A DNA stretch of 64,000 nucleotides from Octopus sinensis (Eukaryota): NCBI RefSeq assembly GCF_006345805.1, contig NC_042999.1, positions 57,102,001-57,166,000 on the forward strand. The letters run 5' to 3'. A program made the translations under genes and the position numbers. Of this stretch, positions 1 through 11,327 are shown piece by piece. Positions within the stretch are counted from its first letter, which is position 1, and each line of letters starts with the position of its first letter. Below the pieces are notes generated by a model, which did not search any database, was not told where the DNA came from, and worked only from the letters and a program-made list of their open reading frames with translations.

Positions 1-87
1 TTAAACATAATAATGCAGGGTAAAACATTGTACATGAAGGAGTGTACATAAAATAGTAATGTTATACAATAAGAAGAATACGTATAA

Positions 88-886
88 TCTCTCTATATAT
101 AAATGGCAGTTTGTCTGTCTGTGTGTCTGTCAGGTTGTACCCTCACCCTGACCACGGCTTTCAACCGATTCTGATGAAACTTGACACACACATAGCCCAA
201 TGTCATAATTCAAAACTAACGCAGCGAAAATTTTGAAAAGTCCCCCCAGTTCTGAAAAAAAATCGATAAATTTGACATGGGTCGAGAATCTAAGCTTTTT
301 ATATGCAACACATTTTCTACAGACTGTCTAGGGGATGCAACTCGACCTTTTTAACTCTCGGAATACGTGGGGTAAGTATCCCAAAATGTATAACAATGTA
401 CAAAAATGGCAAAAAAGTGGGCAGCAATGTGAGTGACAACAACGAAAAAGTCAAAAGTGACCAAACTGAACAAACGAATGGAAAAGGTTTTTTGGTGCAC
501 ACGACAAAAGCGGTTTATAATAAACCAAGAGTTTGCAAGTAGCGTCCGAGTTCCCTTAGGGTACATCAAAAATTTAAGGTAAAATGTTTGGAGTGGTAGT
601 TATAAAGAAAGTGTAAACAAAAAAAGTATTCGAATAACTTGCGGCTGCAGCAGCTATTAGCAGAAGTGGCGGTGTTGGGGGTAAAGTCTCGAATGTAATT
701 TCTTCCTGGTAGGAATTGGTTGGGTTGAATTATCGATAGCTGTTTGATAGTTATTTGGGAGTGAAGAGAAGACATTGCAACCTACACATGCGCCTTCGTT
801 CCCTAGAGGGAAAGGACTAGATTGGGATTAGTCATTGCCTACTAGGGGCTCTTACATACCCGGGCAACGCCGGGCTATGCTGCTAG
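88..886 (+). mobile_element. Non-autonomous Helitron
   Basis: Starts TCTCTCTATATATAAA after an A (87). Ends with hairpin CCCGG-GCAACG-CCGGG (859-874) then CTAG (883-886) followed by T. No TSD. The empty A|T site is preserved in the inverted copy at 959-1071. Confidence 0.85.
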
Positions 887-958
887 TAGAACATAAATAT
901 AAGTACACATAAGGTTAAACATATAAGTACACATAAGGTTAAACATAATAATGCAGGG

Positions 959-1071
959 TTATGTGTACTTATATTTATGTTCTATTATACGTATTCTTCT
1001 TATTGTATAACATTACTATTTTATGTACACTCCTTCATGTACAATGTTTTACCCTGCATTATTATGTTTAA
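959..1071 (-). repeat. Inverted duplicate of the Helitron-free flank (1-87 joined to 887-912)
   Basis: 985-1071 is the reverse complement of 1-87, and 959-984 is the reverse complement of 887-912. Confidence 0.9.
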
Positions 1072-1203
1072 CCTTATAGATTCTTATGTAGTGGTTTAAT
1101 AAAGTATGTGATTGAGTATTATCTGGTAATTGATATTTGATTTCGATGTATTTCTCCATTTTCTTATTTATATTATATATATATATATATATATATCATA
1201 ATA

Positions 1204-2991
1204 TCATCATCATCATCGTCGTTTAACGTCCGTTCTCCATGCTAGCATGGGTTGGACGGTTCGACCGGGGTTCTGGGAAGCCAGAAGGCTGCACCAGGCT
1301 CCAGTCTAATTTGGCAATGTTTCTACAGCTGGATGCCCTTCCTAACGCCAACCACTCCGTGAGTGTAGTGGGTGCTTTTTACGTGCCACCTGCACAGGTG
1401 CCAGGCGGGGCTGGCAACGGCCACGGTCAGATTGGTGTATTTTATGTGCCACCGGCACGGAAGCCAGTCGATGCGGTGCTGGCATCGGCCACGAGTCGGA
1501 TAGTGCTTTTTACGTACCACCAGACCAGGGATCCTGGCTGGTTCAATTCGATTTCGATTTCGCTTGCCCCAACATGTCTTCACAAGCAAAGGGGGTTGGC
1601 AAGGGTGCCTGTCGTACGGTCGCATTGGAGTATTTTACGTGCCACGGCCACGAGTCGGATAGTGCTTTACGTACCACCAGACCAGGGATACTGGCTGGTT
1701 CAATTCGATTTCGATTTCGATTTCGCTTGCCCCAACATGTCTTCACAAGCAAAGGGGGTTGGCAAGGGTGCCTGTCGTACGGTCGCATTGGAGTATTTTA
1801 CGTGCCACGGCCACGAGTCGGATAGTGCTTTACGTACCACCAGACCAGGGATCCTGGCTGGTTCAATTCGATTTCGATTTCGCTTGCCCCAACATGTCTT
1901 CACAAGCAAAGGGGGTTGGCATGGGTGCCTGTCGTACGGTCGCATTGGAGTATTTTACGTGCCACGGCCCCGAGTCGGATAGTGCTTTTTACGTACCACC
2001 AGGCCAGGGATCCTGGCTGGTTCAATTCGGTTTCGATTTCGATTTCGATTTCGCTTGCCCCAACATGTCTTCGCAAGCATGGGGGGTTGGGATGGGTGTC
2101 TGTCGTCGGATGAGGTTCTATATCGACTTCGCTTGCCTCAACCGGTCTTTGTGTCCAAGGGAGGAAAGGCATTCATAAGTGGGCTGGGCTCACTTGTCCT
2201 GCCTGGTCTTCTCATGTACAGAATATTTCCAAAGGTCTCGGTCTCTGGTCATTTCCTCAGTGAGGCCTAAAGTTCGAAGGTCGTGCTTCACCACCTCGTC
2301 CCAGGTTTTCCTGGGTCTACCTCTTCCACGGGTTCCCTCAACTGCTAGGGATTGGCACTTTCTCACACACCTATCTTCATCCATTCTCGCCACATGACCA
2401 TACCAGCGCAATCGTCTCTCTTGCACACCACAACTGATGCTTCTTAGGTACAACATTTCTCTCAAGGTGCTAACGCTCTGTCGAGTATGTACACTGACAT
2501 TACACATCCATCGGAGCATACTGGCTTCATTCCTCACGAGCTTACGCATGTCCTCAGCAGTCACAGCCATGTTTCGCTGCCATGTAGCATGGCTGTTCGT
2601 ACACACGCATCATACAGTCTGCCTTTTACTCTGAGCGAGAGGCCTTTAGTCACCAGCAGAGGTAAGAGCTCCCTAAACTTTGCCCAGGCTATTCTTATTC
2701 TAGCAGTTACACTTTCAGCGCACCCACCCCCACTACTGACTTGGTCACCTAGATAACGGAAGCTATCAACTACTTCTAGTTTTTCCCCCTGGAAAGTGAC
2801 GGAAGTTGTTTTCTGCAGATTTTCGGAGGTTAATGCTCCCGAGCATCTGCCACATACAAAAACTATCTTCCCAGTTAGCCTACCTTTGACATTGCTGCAC
2901 CTCTTATGTGTCCATAGCTTACACTGGGTACATCTTATAGAGTTTCTACCTACACCTTTTCTACAGATCGAGCAGGGCCATCTTCCTGAAG
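1204..2991 (-). mobile_element. 5'-truncated RTE-clade LINE (end of RT ORF, 3' UTR, (GAT)n tail)
   Basis: Minus-strand translation ...EKLEVVDSFRYLGDQV...AWAKFRELLPLL...YDACVRTAMLHGSETW (frameshift near 2570) AVTAEDMRKLVRNEASMLRWMC...RRLRWYGHVARM...RGRGRPRKTW is typical of the RTE ORF C-terminus. The 3' end reads GTTAAACGACGATGATGAT. Confidence 0.9.
1486..2110. repeat. About 3.9 tandem copies of a ~160-bp unit inside the RTE 3' UTR
   Basis: The anchor CGGCC(A/C)CGAGTCGGATAG recurs at 1486, 1645, 1808 and 1965. Each unit contains a variable number of TTCGAT hexamers. Confidence 0.9.
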
Positions 2992-3069
2992 ATATTTGTG
3001 GATTGTCTACCTTTCTACTTATTAGTACTATATTATTACTATATTAGTACTATATTAGTACTTATTATT

Positions 3070-3100
<31 letters not shown>

Positions 3101-3268
3101 TATCAGGGAGTATAACTTATTATATATTGTTTATTCATTTTTGTACTTTTTGTGATCTAGTAATATGTTTTAAAATATATTTTATTTTTTATTTATGATT
3201 TTGTTTATGTCTATCATTGTTTGAATTGCATAATAGTGGTTTTTCTCTAATTTATATATATACATGTA

Positions 3269-4123
3269 TTGTATCATTCCATAAATAATGTTGTTCTTTT
3301 CAATTGCATGAACTAAAAGTCAGATGGGGTCAGGATAAACTACCAAGTGCAAATTTTGAAGAGTGCAGTTGGATTTTCACAGCTTTTTTGTCAAAGCTAT
3401 AGCGGAAGTGTTAAAGGAGAATATTCAGCATATTTTGCTTTATGAGTTCAATAAAGGCAACAATGCAATGGAAAGTGCAAGGAATATTAATGCAGTATAT
3501 GGGGATTGGACAATAAGAGTAAGCCAATGTCAACGGTGGTTCCAGAAATTCTGAGCCAGAAATTACAGTCTAGAAGACAAGCTACATCCTGGAAGATCTA
3601 TAGAGCTTGGTGAGGACGTCCTGCAAACCTTGGTGGAACAAAATCCTATCGTAACTGTTGAGGAACTAGCAGCGAAGCTTGAATTTGGTCATTCAAGTCA
3701 GCACTAGAAGAAAAACAGCCATCATTGGTTTCAAGACAGTGTTCTTCCATCCGGATAATGCTCGGCTACTTACAGCAAGGATGACATTCCAAAGGCTGGA
3801 GCAGTTTGAATGGGAAACAATGCCCCACCCACCTTATTTGCCAGACATTGCTTCATCTGATTATTATTTATTCTACAGTCTTCAAAATCATTTGGACAGA
3901 AAAAATATGAATTCTGTAGACGAGGTTAGAATAGTACTGGAGGGGTATTTTTCATAATGGACAAGCAAATTGTGGAAGAGGGGCCTTGCAAATCTATCAG
4001 ATAGATGGAAGAGTATTGTAGAAACTGAAAAAGAATATATTTTAGATTAAAAAAGAACTTTGTTTATCTTAATTTTGAAAAGTAAAAAAAGTATTAAAAA
4101 AAACACTTTATTTATGGGATGAC

Positions 4124-4127
<4 letters not shown>
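3269..4127 (+). mobile_element. Internally deleted mariner (Tc1/mariner) transposon, pseudogenised transposase
   Basis: Imperfect TIRs TTGTATCATTCCATAAATAA / TTATTTATGGGATGACCCAA flanked by TA. N-terminal HTH region IQHILLYEFNKG...SARNINAVYG...CQRWFQKF and C-terminal HPDNAR...HPPYLPDIASSDYYLF are present, but the central WVPHEL/first-Asp region is missing. Confidence 0.9.
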
Positions 4128-4181
<54 letters not shown>

Positions 4182-4218
4182 GTGTGTGTATGTGTGTATA
4201 TATATATGTATATATATA

Positions 4219-4301
<83 letters not shown>

Positions 4302-4325
4302 TCATATATATATTCATATATATAT
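4128..4325. repeat. (TA)n/(TG)n compound microsatellite
   Basis: Direct inspection. Confidence 0.95.
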
Positions 4326-4987
4326 GCAAGAAGAGTGGATTGTCATAGCTGGAATGTCTTTGATCACAATATTCCAGCCATAACTGATACAGAGTTAAAC
4401 AATACAAATGCAACAACATATGATTCATTCTCATAATGATGCAAGAAACTTTAACAAGTAAGGTTCAAGGAAATTAGTTTTCTGAAAAACAGCAATCTAT
4501 TCTCATGTACAAAAAAAAAACAGCATATTTTATATTATTTGTAAAAGTTTTAAATAATGATGTTTCTTTTTGAGTGCATGATAACTTCATTATATCCTTT
4601 GTTGTTGGTACTAAGAGAGACTTCCTGGCACACAATTAAAAAAGCCTAGAGTATCTGTATCAAACTTCAAGCCTATGTCATTTAAGTATTTTGAAGTCTA
4701 CAAAGTGGGCTTTCTTTAGAACATGTGAACAGAACATTCTCTATGGATTCCAAACTTTGACTATGAAGAATAGACTTTAAGATTTCTTTAGTAGCACATA
4801 CCCCAGATTCTTAAGGTTCAAAACATCTTTTAGCATGAGTACAAGACCGAGTAGGCTTATGGAGACATTCTATACCCATCATTACTATTGTTGCTTTGTA
4901 CAGGGTAGACTTTGTTGATCATTGCTATCACGACAGGTCCTATCAGCTGTTATATTTTTGGAGACTCACAAAGTCTAACAGAAGACC

Positions 4988-5240
4988 ATCATCATCATCG
5001 TTTAACGTCCACTTTCCATGCTAGCATGGGTTGAACGATTTGACTGAGATCTAGCGAACCAGATGGCTGCACCAGACTCCAATCTGATCTGGCTGAGTTT
5101 TCACAGCTGGATGTCCTTCCTAATGCCAACCACTCCGAGAGTGTCATGGGTGCTTTTACATGCCACCGGCACAAAGGCCAGTCGGGCGGTACTGGCAACG
5201 GCCACGCTCAGATGGTGCTTTTTATGTGCCACCTGCACAA
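4988..5240 (-). mobile_element. RTE LINE 3' UTR fragment with (GAT)n tail
   Basis: Same terminal sequence as 1204-1450 (CATCATCATCGTTTAACGTCC...CATGCTAGCATGGGTTG). Further copies at about 13945-14042(+), 16350-16797(+), 19265-19420(-), 20340-20650(+), 33030-33290(+), 33978-34008(-), 47258-47320(-), 61770-61990(+), 63225-63420(+). Confidence 0.8.
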
Positions 5241-5666
5241 GGGCGAAGACTATTCAATTGGATTGATGTTGTTGACAGAGACATCCAACATCAAATGTTG
5301 TACTAAGAACTAAAGGGAGACAGAGATTCCTGGTATGGTGCAATGAAATGCATCTCAGTTGCAGCAAGGCAGAAGCGAGGGAAGCAGAAGCTATGTATAA
5401 TTCATGTGAGACAGATGACTGTTTAGGGTATGGAGTGTTTGATTATAGGTTATGAGTTCAAATTCTAAAGAGGGTCCACAGACAGGAGCAGAGAGCAAAT
5501 CCTAGGGAGAATTTCTCAGAGGTTGACCATCAGTTTATCTATTGACCATCAGTTCATCTCACATCTGCTTCACTAAATGAAGCCAGAGTTTACTCACTGG
5601 TCTCCAAAAACCTTGTAAGAGCGCAAAATAGCATTTGCATATTTTACATAGTTTTACTTACAAATG

Positions 5667-5700
<34 letters not shown>

Positions 5701-6282
5701 CATTAGAATATAACAAACTTGTTGGACCATATCTTTCACAAGCATTTAGAATCAGGTGTGGTTGAAATTTTTTTCACTACTGGAAGCAAATTACAAGTGC
5801 GTGAGAACTCATTGGGACACATCTGTGCTAATGAAAATAATGAATCTTTTAATTTTGCAAATTCATAGATATGTAATAATAAATTACTATTTTGGCCTTA
5901 AGGTTATATTTTCTTCATACAGCTTTTCAGAGACTGTCAGTAGGTGGTATCAAATTTGAATGCAAACAAAAGGTTTAGATAACTGTCAAGCTTTGTATTT
6001 GCAGAAACAATAATGCATATCATTCGACACCAGTTCACCAAAACTACATTTATTATGAAAATGTTCAATGTGATAACAACAACAATAATAATAATGATCA
6101 TAATTATAATAGCTTCTTTTAATTGTCTCAGGATCATCTTAAGAGGGGGACATTATAAGGACAGTTTATGATTTATGTGAAAGTTTACATAAAAGATGAA
6201 AGGAAGGAAGGGAGAGAAGTAGGGGAGGTGAGATAAAAAGCATACATAATATACAAAAGAAGTGAACACATGGATGCAGGAT

Positions 6283-6600
6283 TGGATGTGCAGTAAGAAG
6301 CTTGCTTTCCAATCACATGGTTACAGGTTCAGTCCCACTACAGTGTGCTTTGAGCAAGTGTCTTCTACTATAGCTTCAGACTGACTGAAGCCTTATGAAT
6401 GGATTTGGTAGATGGAAACTGAAAGAAGCCTGTTGTATGTGTGTATGTGTGTGTGTGTGTTTGTCTTTGTGTCTGTGTTTGTCCACAACTTGACAACCAG
6501 TGATGGTGTGTTCATGTCCCTGTAACTTAGCAGTTTGGCAAAAGAGAGTGATAGAATAAATCTTAGGCTTAAAAAAAAAAAACAAAGAAGTACTGGGGTT
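6283..6600 (+). mobile_element. tRNA-derived SINE family A (degenerate copy)
   Basis: B-box-like GGTTCAGTCCC, TTGAGCAAGTGTCTTCTACTATAGC body, central (TG)n, and a 3' half matching the other copies. Confidence 0.75.
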
Positions 6601-6694
6601 GATTTATTTGAGTGTAAATTTAAACACAAATGAATATATATATATATAGTGCAAGAAACAGCTGGGTTTCTTTGTCTAAAGTTTCACATAGTTC

Positions 6695-6810
6695 AACATG
6701 TTTCTTATTTCTTTATTGCCCACAAGGGGCTAGACATAGAGAGGACAAACAAGGACAGACAAAGGGATTAAGTCGATTACATCGACTCCAGTGCATAACT
6801 GGTACTCTTT
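6695..6810 (-). mobile_element. SINE family B 3' tail fragment
   Basis: Matches 35000-35100 (TTATTGCCCACAAGGGG...GACAGACAAAGGGATTAAGTCGATTACATC). Confidence 0.7.
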
Positions 6811-6849
6811 CTGGCGGCCACTAAAACATATTCTCTCAGTGAGTGCTAC

Positions 6850-7015
6850 TACAATCTTGCACAAGTGAATGTGTGAAAAATAAAACAGGAATTTTGAAAG
6901 AAATATCAATAAAACTAGATTTTAAACACTGAATGGCAAGGTGGGTGAGGGGTTCAACCAGAATAAAATAGTAATCAAAGGGGTCCATTGGTAAAAAAAT
7001 GTTTGCATACCATTG
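6850..7015 (+). mobile_element. Possible hAT-like MITE 3' half
   Basis: Ends AAGGGGTCCATTGGTAAAAAAATGTTTGCATACCATTG, resembling the ...AGGGGTCC...AAAAGGTTGAGAACCACTG termini of hAT MITEs. The partner end was not found. Confidence 0.3.
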
Positions 7016-7486
7016 ATATATGCCTTTGGAAACCTATCTCTGGTAAAATGCTACTGAAGAATTTGTATTAGGAAGAAAATTACAAGAAAATAAAGTCAGG
7101 AGTGAGAAGGGAGCAGTAAATAATTGTTACACCTGAAACAGTATTACTGCTAAATTTATTAAAAAAATATGCATTATTAAGAAATTTATGAAGAAACAAA
7201 GTCAACAAAAGATTCTAAGCTATAGTTTTGCCCACTTTTGAAAACATATGGAATCAACGTTTTTTTTCTCTTTTCCCTCTCTTTCTTTTTTGTTTTTATT
7301 AAACTTATATAATTTAATTTATAGCATATTTTTTTTTTTACTTTAGTTTTTACTGTTAGAAAGACAATCTCAATTATAATGAAGTGTTCACCGAAAGCAT
7401 AAATCAAACGGCTATATGTTTTATGATGCTGAAAAACCGCTCTTGCCATGGTGACAGTTTGTCTGAACTCAAAGCCATGTGTTACA

Positions 7487-7530
<44 letters not shown>

Positions 7531-7685
7531 TGTGTGTGTTTGTGTGTCTGTGTGTGTGCATGTATGTCCATGTGTCCACCTGGTTAGGAATGCCCATTGC
7601 AAAATGTATTGATACAGCCCCAGAAAGATTTCTGACCTTAGGGATTTTCTTGATACATGGTTCTAGGATGCTTTTGCTTGTGTAT

Positions 7686-8063
7686 ACTCTTTTACTTGTT
7701 TCAGTCATGTGACTGTGGCTATGCTGGAGCACCGTCTTTAGTCGAGCAAATCGACCCCAGGACTTATTCCTTGTAAGCCTAGTACTTATTCTATCGGTCT
7801 CTTTTGCCGAACCGCTAAGTTACAGGATGTAAACACACCAGCATTTGTTGTCAAGCGATGTTGTGGGGACAAACACAGACACACAGACACACACACATAT
7901 AATATAGATGAGTGGCTGTGTGGTAAGTAGCTTGCTTACCAACCACATGGTTCCGGGTTCAGTCCCACTGCATGTCACCTTGGGCAAGTGTCTTCTACTA
8001 TAGCCTCAGGCCAACCAAAACCTTGTGAGTGGATTTGGTAGACGGAAACTGAAAGAAGCCCGT

Positions 8064-8098
<35 letters not shown>

Positions 8099-8482
8099 GT
8101 GTATGTATGTATGTGTGTGTATATGTTTGTGTGTCTGTGTTTGTCCTCCCTCCCAACATTGCTTGACAACCGATGCTGGTGTGTTTACGCCCCCGTAACT
8201 TAGCAGTTCGGCAAAAGAGACCGATGGAATAAGTACTAGGCTTACAAAGAATAAGTCCTGGGGTCGATTTGCTCGACTAAAGGCGGTGCTCCAGCATGGC
8301 CACAGACAAATGACTGAAACAAATAAAAGAGTAAAAGAGTAAAGAGTATATACAAATATACAACAGGCTTCTTTCAGTTTTTGTCTACCAAATCCACTCA
8401 CTGAGGCTATAGTAGAAGACACTTGCCCAAAGTGCCATGCAGTGGGACTGAACCCAGAACCATGTGGTTGGTAAGCAAGCTA
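7686..8482 (-). mobile_element. SINE A copy split by a nested opposite-strand SINE A
   Basis: 3' half at 7686-7900 and 5' half at 8348-8482 flank a complete plus-strand copy. Confidence 0.8.
7908..8347 (+). mobile_element. SINE family A, full length
   Basis: A-box-like TGGCTGTGTGG, B-box-like GGTTCAGTCCC, central (TA)(TG) microsatellite, 3' GGCGGTGCTCCAGCATGGCC...GACTGAAAC and (TAAAAGAG)n tail. Resembles the published octopus tRNA-derived SINEs (OK/OR series); exact family name not verifiable here. Confidence 0.9.
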
Positions 8483-8834
8483 ATGCAAATTCTAGTGAAA
8501 ATTCATTAAAAAATTGTGGTGTCATTTTCAGGACAAACCTCAATAGTTATAGATTTATTTCATTGTAAGTAAGACAATAACAATCCTTAAAATTCCAATG
8601 TATTTCAATGATATGTAAATCTCTTCAGTGTAGAGGCAAATTTATGAGAATCAAGATAGATAGATATTTATGGGAACCAAGCTAGAAAGAAGTTTAAATG
8701 AGAAATGGCGTGAGATAGAGATTAATTATGAGAGTCAAGATAGGCTTTCAATCAAAAGGGTGAAAAGAAGATGGAAAGTAATGAAAGTAGTCACAAAGTC
8801 TTGGCTTTTTTTTTTATCCTTCTCCAATCAGAAA

Positions 8835-8881
8835 TGCATAAGGAACATATGCACCCACAAACTCTCTTTTATATTTATAGA
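8835..8881 (-). mobile_element. Helitron-like 5' end remnant
   Basis: Minus strand reads A|TCTATAAATATAAAAGAGAGTTTGTGGGTGCATATGTTCCTTATGCATT. A near-identical piece lies at about 16275-16325. Confidence 0.4.
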
Positions 8882-9464
8882 TACAGTGCCTCAAAAAAGG
8901 GCTAGGCCCAAGAATAAGTAAACCTATTTGATATACTCCCACACAGTTTGCATCTACTCAATTTCACCTAAACTGATTGGAGCAATCCAAGGCTGGAGTA
9001 GCCAAAGGTGATGCACAGCATATTTGAACCCAGAATTGCATGATTTGTAATGTGAACTTCTTAAACACACAACCATAATGAAAGTACTGACACCTATGCA
9101 AATACAAAACACATGCTTACACATGCATGAATGCACATAGACACACACACACACATACAGAGTGGTACATACACAGGCACACAGTCACACACATGCATGC
9201 ATTCAGGCATTCACAAACACTCCCAGATGCAGACAGCTCCAACAGATGATTACACAACAGAGACAGAGACATACAAACAATTACACCTGAAGAACAAACT
9301 TCCTATATTCCACCTCACTGCCACATACCATACATGACACAGATATTTATCAATTTACACATAATTTATTCCAGAAGGTGAGCTCCAAAAAAGCTATATA
9401 TTAATTGCAAAGCAAACACAAACTAACAAATTCTAATAAAAACCAGAAAGAGTTTGTTTGTGTA

Positions 9465-9516
9465 TGTGTATGTATGTATGTATGTATGTATGTATGTATG
9501 TATGTATGTATGTATG

Positions 9517-9545
<29 letters not shown>
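9465..9545. repeat. (TATG)n tetranucleotide microsatellite
   Basis: Direct inspection. Confidence 0.95.
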
Positions 9546-9547
<2 letters not shown>

Positions 9548-10166
9548 GTATATATGTATGTGTGTGTGTGTATGTATGTATGTACGTGTGTATATATGTA
9601 TAATTTCCTCTTTATATAACCATCTGAGAAATCTCTTCAGTCTATCTCATAGAACACCCGCCTGCTAATATCATCCACGTGTACAAACATACTTCCAGAT
9701 TATTTCCTTTCTAAAGGAAACATTTCAGGCTTCTCTCTTGCTGCTTAACCAAAATGTCAACTCCACAGAGCAACGAGAGTAAACTAGAGGATTAAAGAAA
9801 AGAAAAAAAAAAAATATCAAGTCTTGATGCTTTTATAATACTCTGCTAATTGTTTACTGTGGATTGTTTTTAGTTAATACTTTTCACATTTTATTATGTT
9901 ATATCTTGCTATTTATTACATTCATATAAATATATATATACGTTGCATTTATATAGTATTTTTTTTATAAAGCTGGGCTATTATTTAGTAGGTTTGCTAT
10001 GTATTAGAACTATTATTTAGTGAGTTCTATTATTCATTAATCTGTATAGTATTTTATATAATGCAGATCTATTATTCAGTAGGTAAAACTATCACTAAAT
10101 TTATATATTTTTTGTGAAGCAAGACTGTTATTTAGCGGGTTTTGCATTTCATTAAGTTTACTCGCT

Positions 10167-10575
10167 TTACTCTTTACTCTTTTACTTGTTTCAGTCATTT
10201 GACTGTGGCCATGCTGGAGCACTGCCTTTACACAAGCAAATCGACCCCAGGACTTATTCATTGTAAGCCTAGTACTTATTCTATCGGTCTCTTTTGCCGA
10301 ACCACTAAGTTACGGGGACGCAAACACACCAGCATTGGTTGTCAAGCGATGTTGGGGAGACAAACACAGACACACAAACATATATACACACACACATACA
10401 TACATATATACGACGAGCTTCTTTCAGTTTCCATTTACCAAATCCACTCACAAGGCTTTGGTCAGCCTGAGGCTATAGTAGAAGACACTTGCCCAAGGTG
10501 CCATGCAGTGGGATTGAACCCGGAACCATGTGGTTCGTAAGCAAGTTACTTACCACACAGCCACTCCTATGCCTG
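10167..10575 (-). mobile_element. SINE family A, full length
   Basis: Reverse complement of the 7908-8347 consensus. Confidence 0.9.
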
Positions 10576-10649
10576 TTTATATAGTATTTTTTATAAAGTT
10601 CGTATATAATATGTATACTGTTTATATTAGTCAGATTGGTGTCCCCATC

Positions 10650-10905
10650 TTCACTGCTACTTACACTATGTTTTGGCTGTTGTAGGCTCCAACCTTCTTC
10701 AAGTGTCTTGGGTTGTTGTATTAGAATTTGATCCATGGAGCACACTGTTCTCATGCCACTCTCTGCATTGTGTGAGAACAATGTACCTCCATGGATCAAA
10801 TAAAGGGTTAGGTCTGAAATTCCTATAAAACAACCAAATTTAATACAAGACACCTGATGTAGGCCAAAGCATACAACAGCTGAAATGTAGTGAAAGCAAC
10901 AGTCG
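10650..10905. mobile_element. Foldback mini-element with degenerate hammerhead motifs in both arms (Penelope-derived?)
   Basis: 10664-10753 pairs imperfectly with 10773-10892. The outer arms each read CAC-(C/T)TGA(T/A)G(T/A)AG-stem-(G/A)AAA-(T/C)(G/A)TA-GTG. Confidence 0.65.
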
Positions 10906-11327
10906 CAATGAATATACCAGTTCAACTAATATTAACATACATATTATAAATTCTTTATCACAAAAATATTAAACTGGTCTATATTATTTTGTGGCTTTGC
11001 TATCTATTAAATCCATGTACCATTTTTTATAAAGCAAGCTTAAAATATTTATACAGAGCTTAGATCAATCTATATCATGTGAATTCTTCTTGAATATTGA
11101 ATATCCATTTTCTCAGTATAAGAAACATTGTGCCAAAGAAACCAATCTTCATTTTTACAGTGGTAAAAATTAACTTGTGTAGTAAGTAGTAAATGATAAC
11201 TAACTCAAGATACAGATATTGTTTTGCAAAGGAGCATTGCTCTTATATCTGTATAGGATATCTGAGTTTCTAAGCTATTAGAAATTATTAGAAAGGTAAG
11301 ATAAAATCTGAAATTAGTGGTAAAAGG

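Noticed and set aside
1486-2110. CRISPR-like appearance of regularly spaced repeats
   Set aside because: Whole units are duplicated (no unique spacers), the context is eukaryotic, and there are no cas genes.
1239-2178. 247-aa and overlapping ORFs (MRPYDRHPCQPP..., MSSQAKGVG...)
   Set aside because: By-products of the GC-rich tandem repeat in the RTE 3' UTR; no domain motifs.
9371-9383. CCAG-AAG-GTGAGC, a possible 3-nt microexon on the plus strand
   Set aside because: Weak upstream tract; expected by chance in 64 kb.
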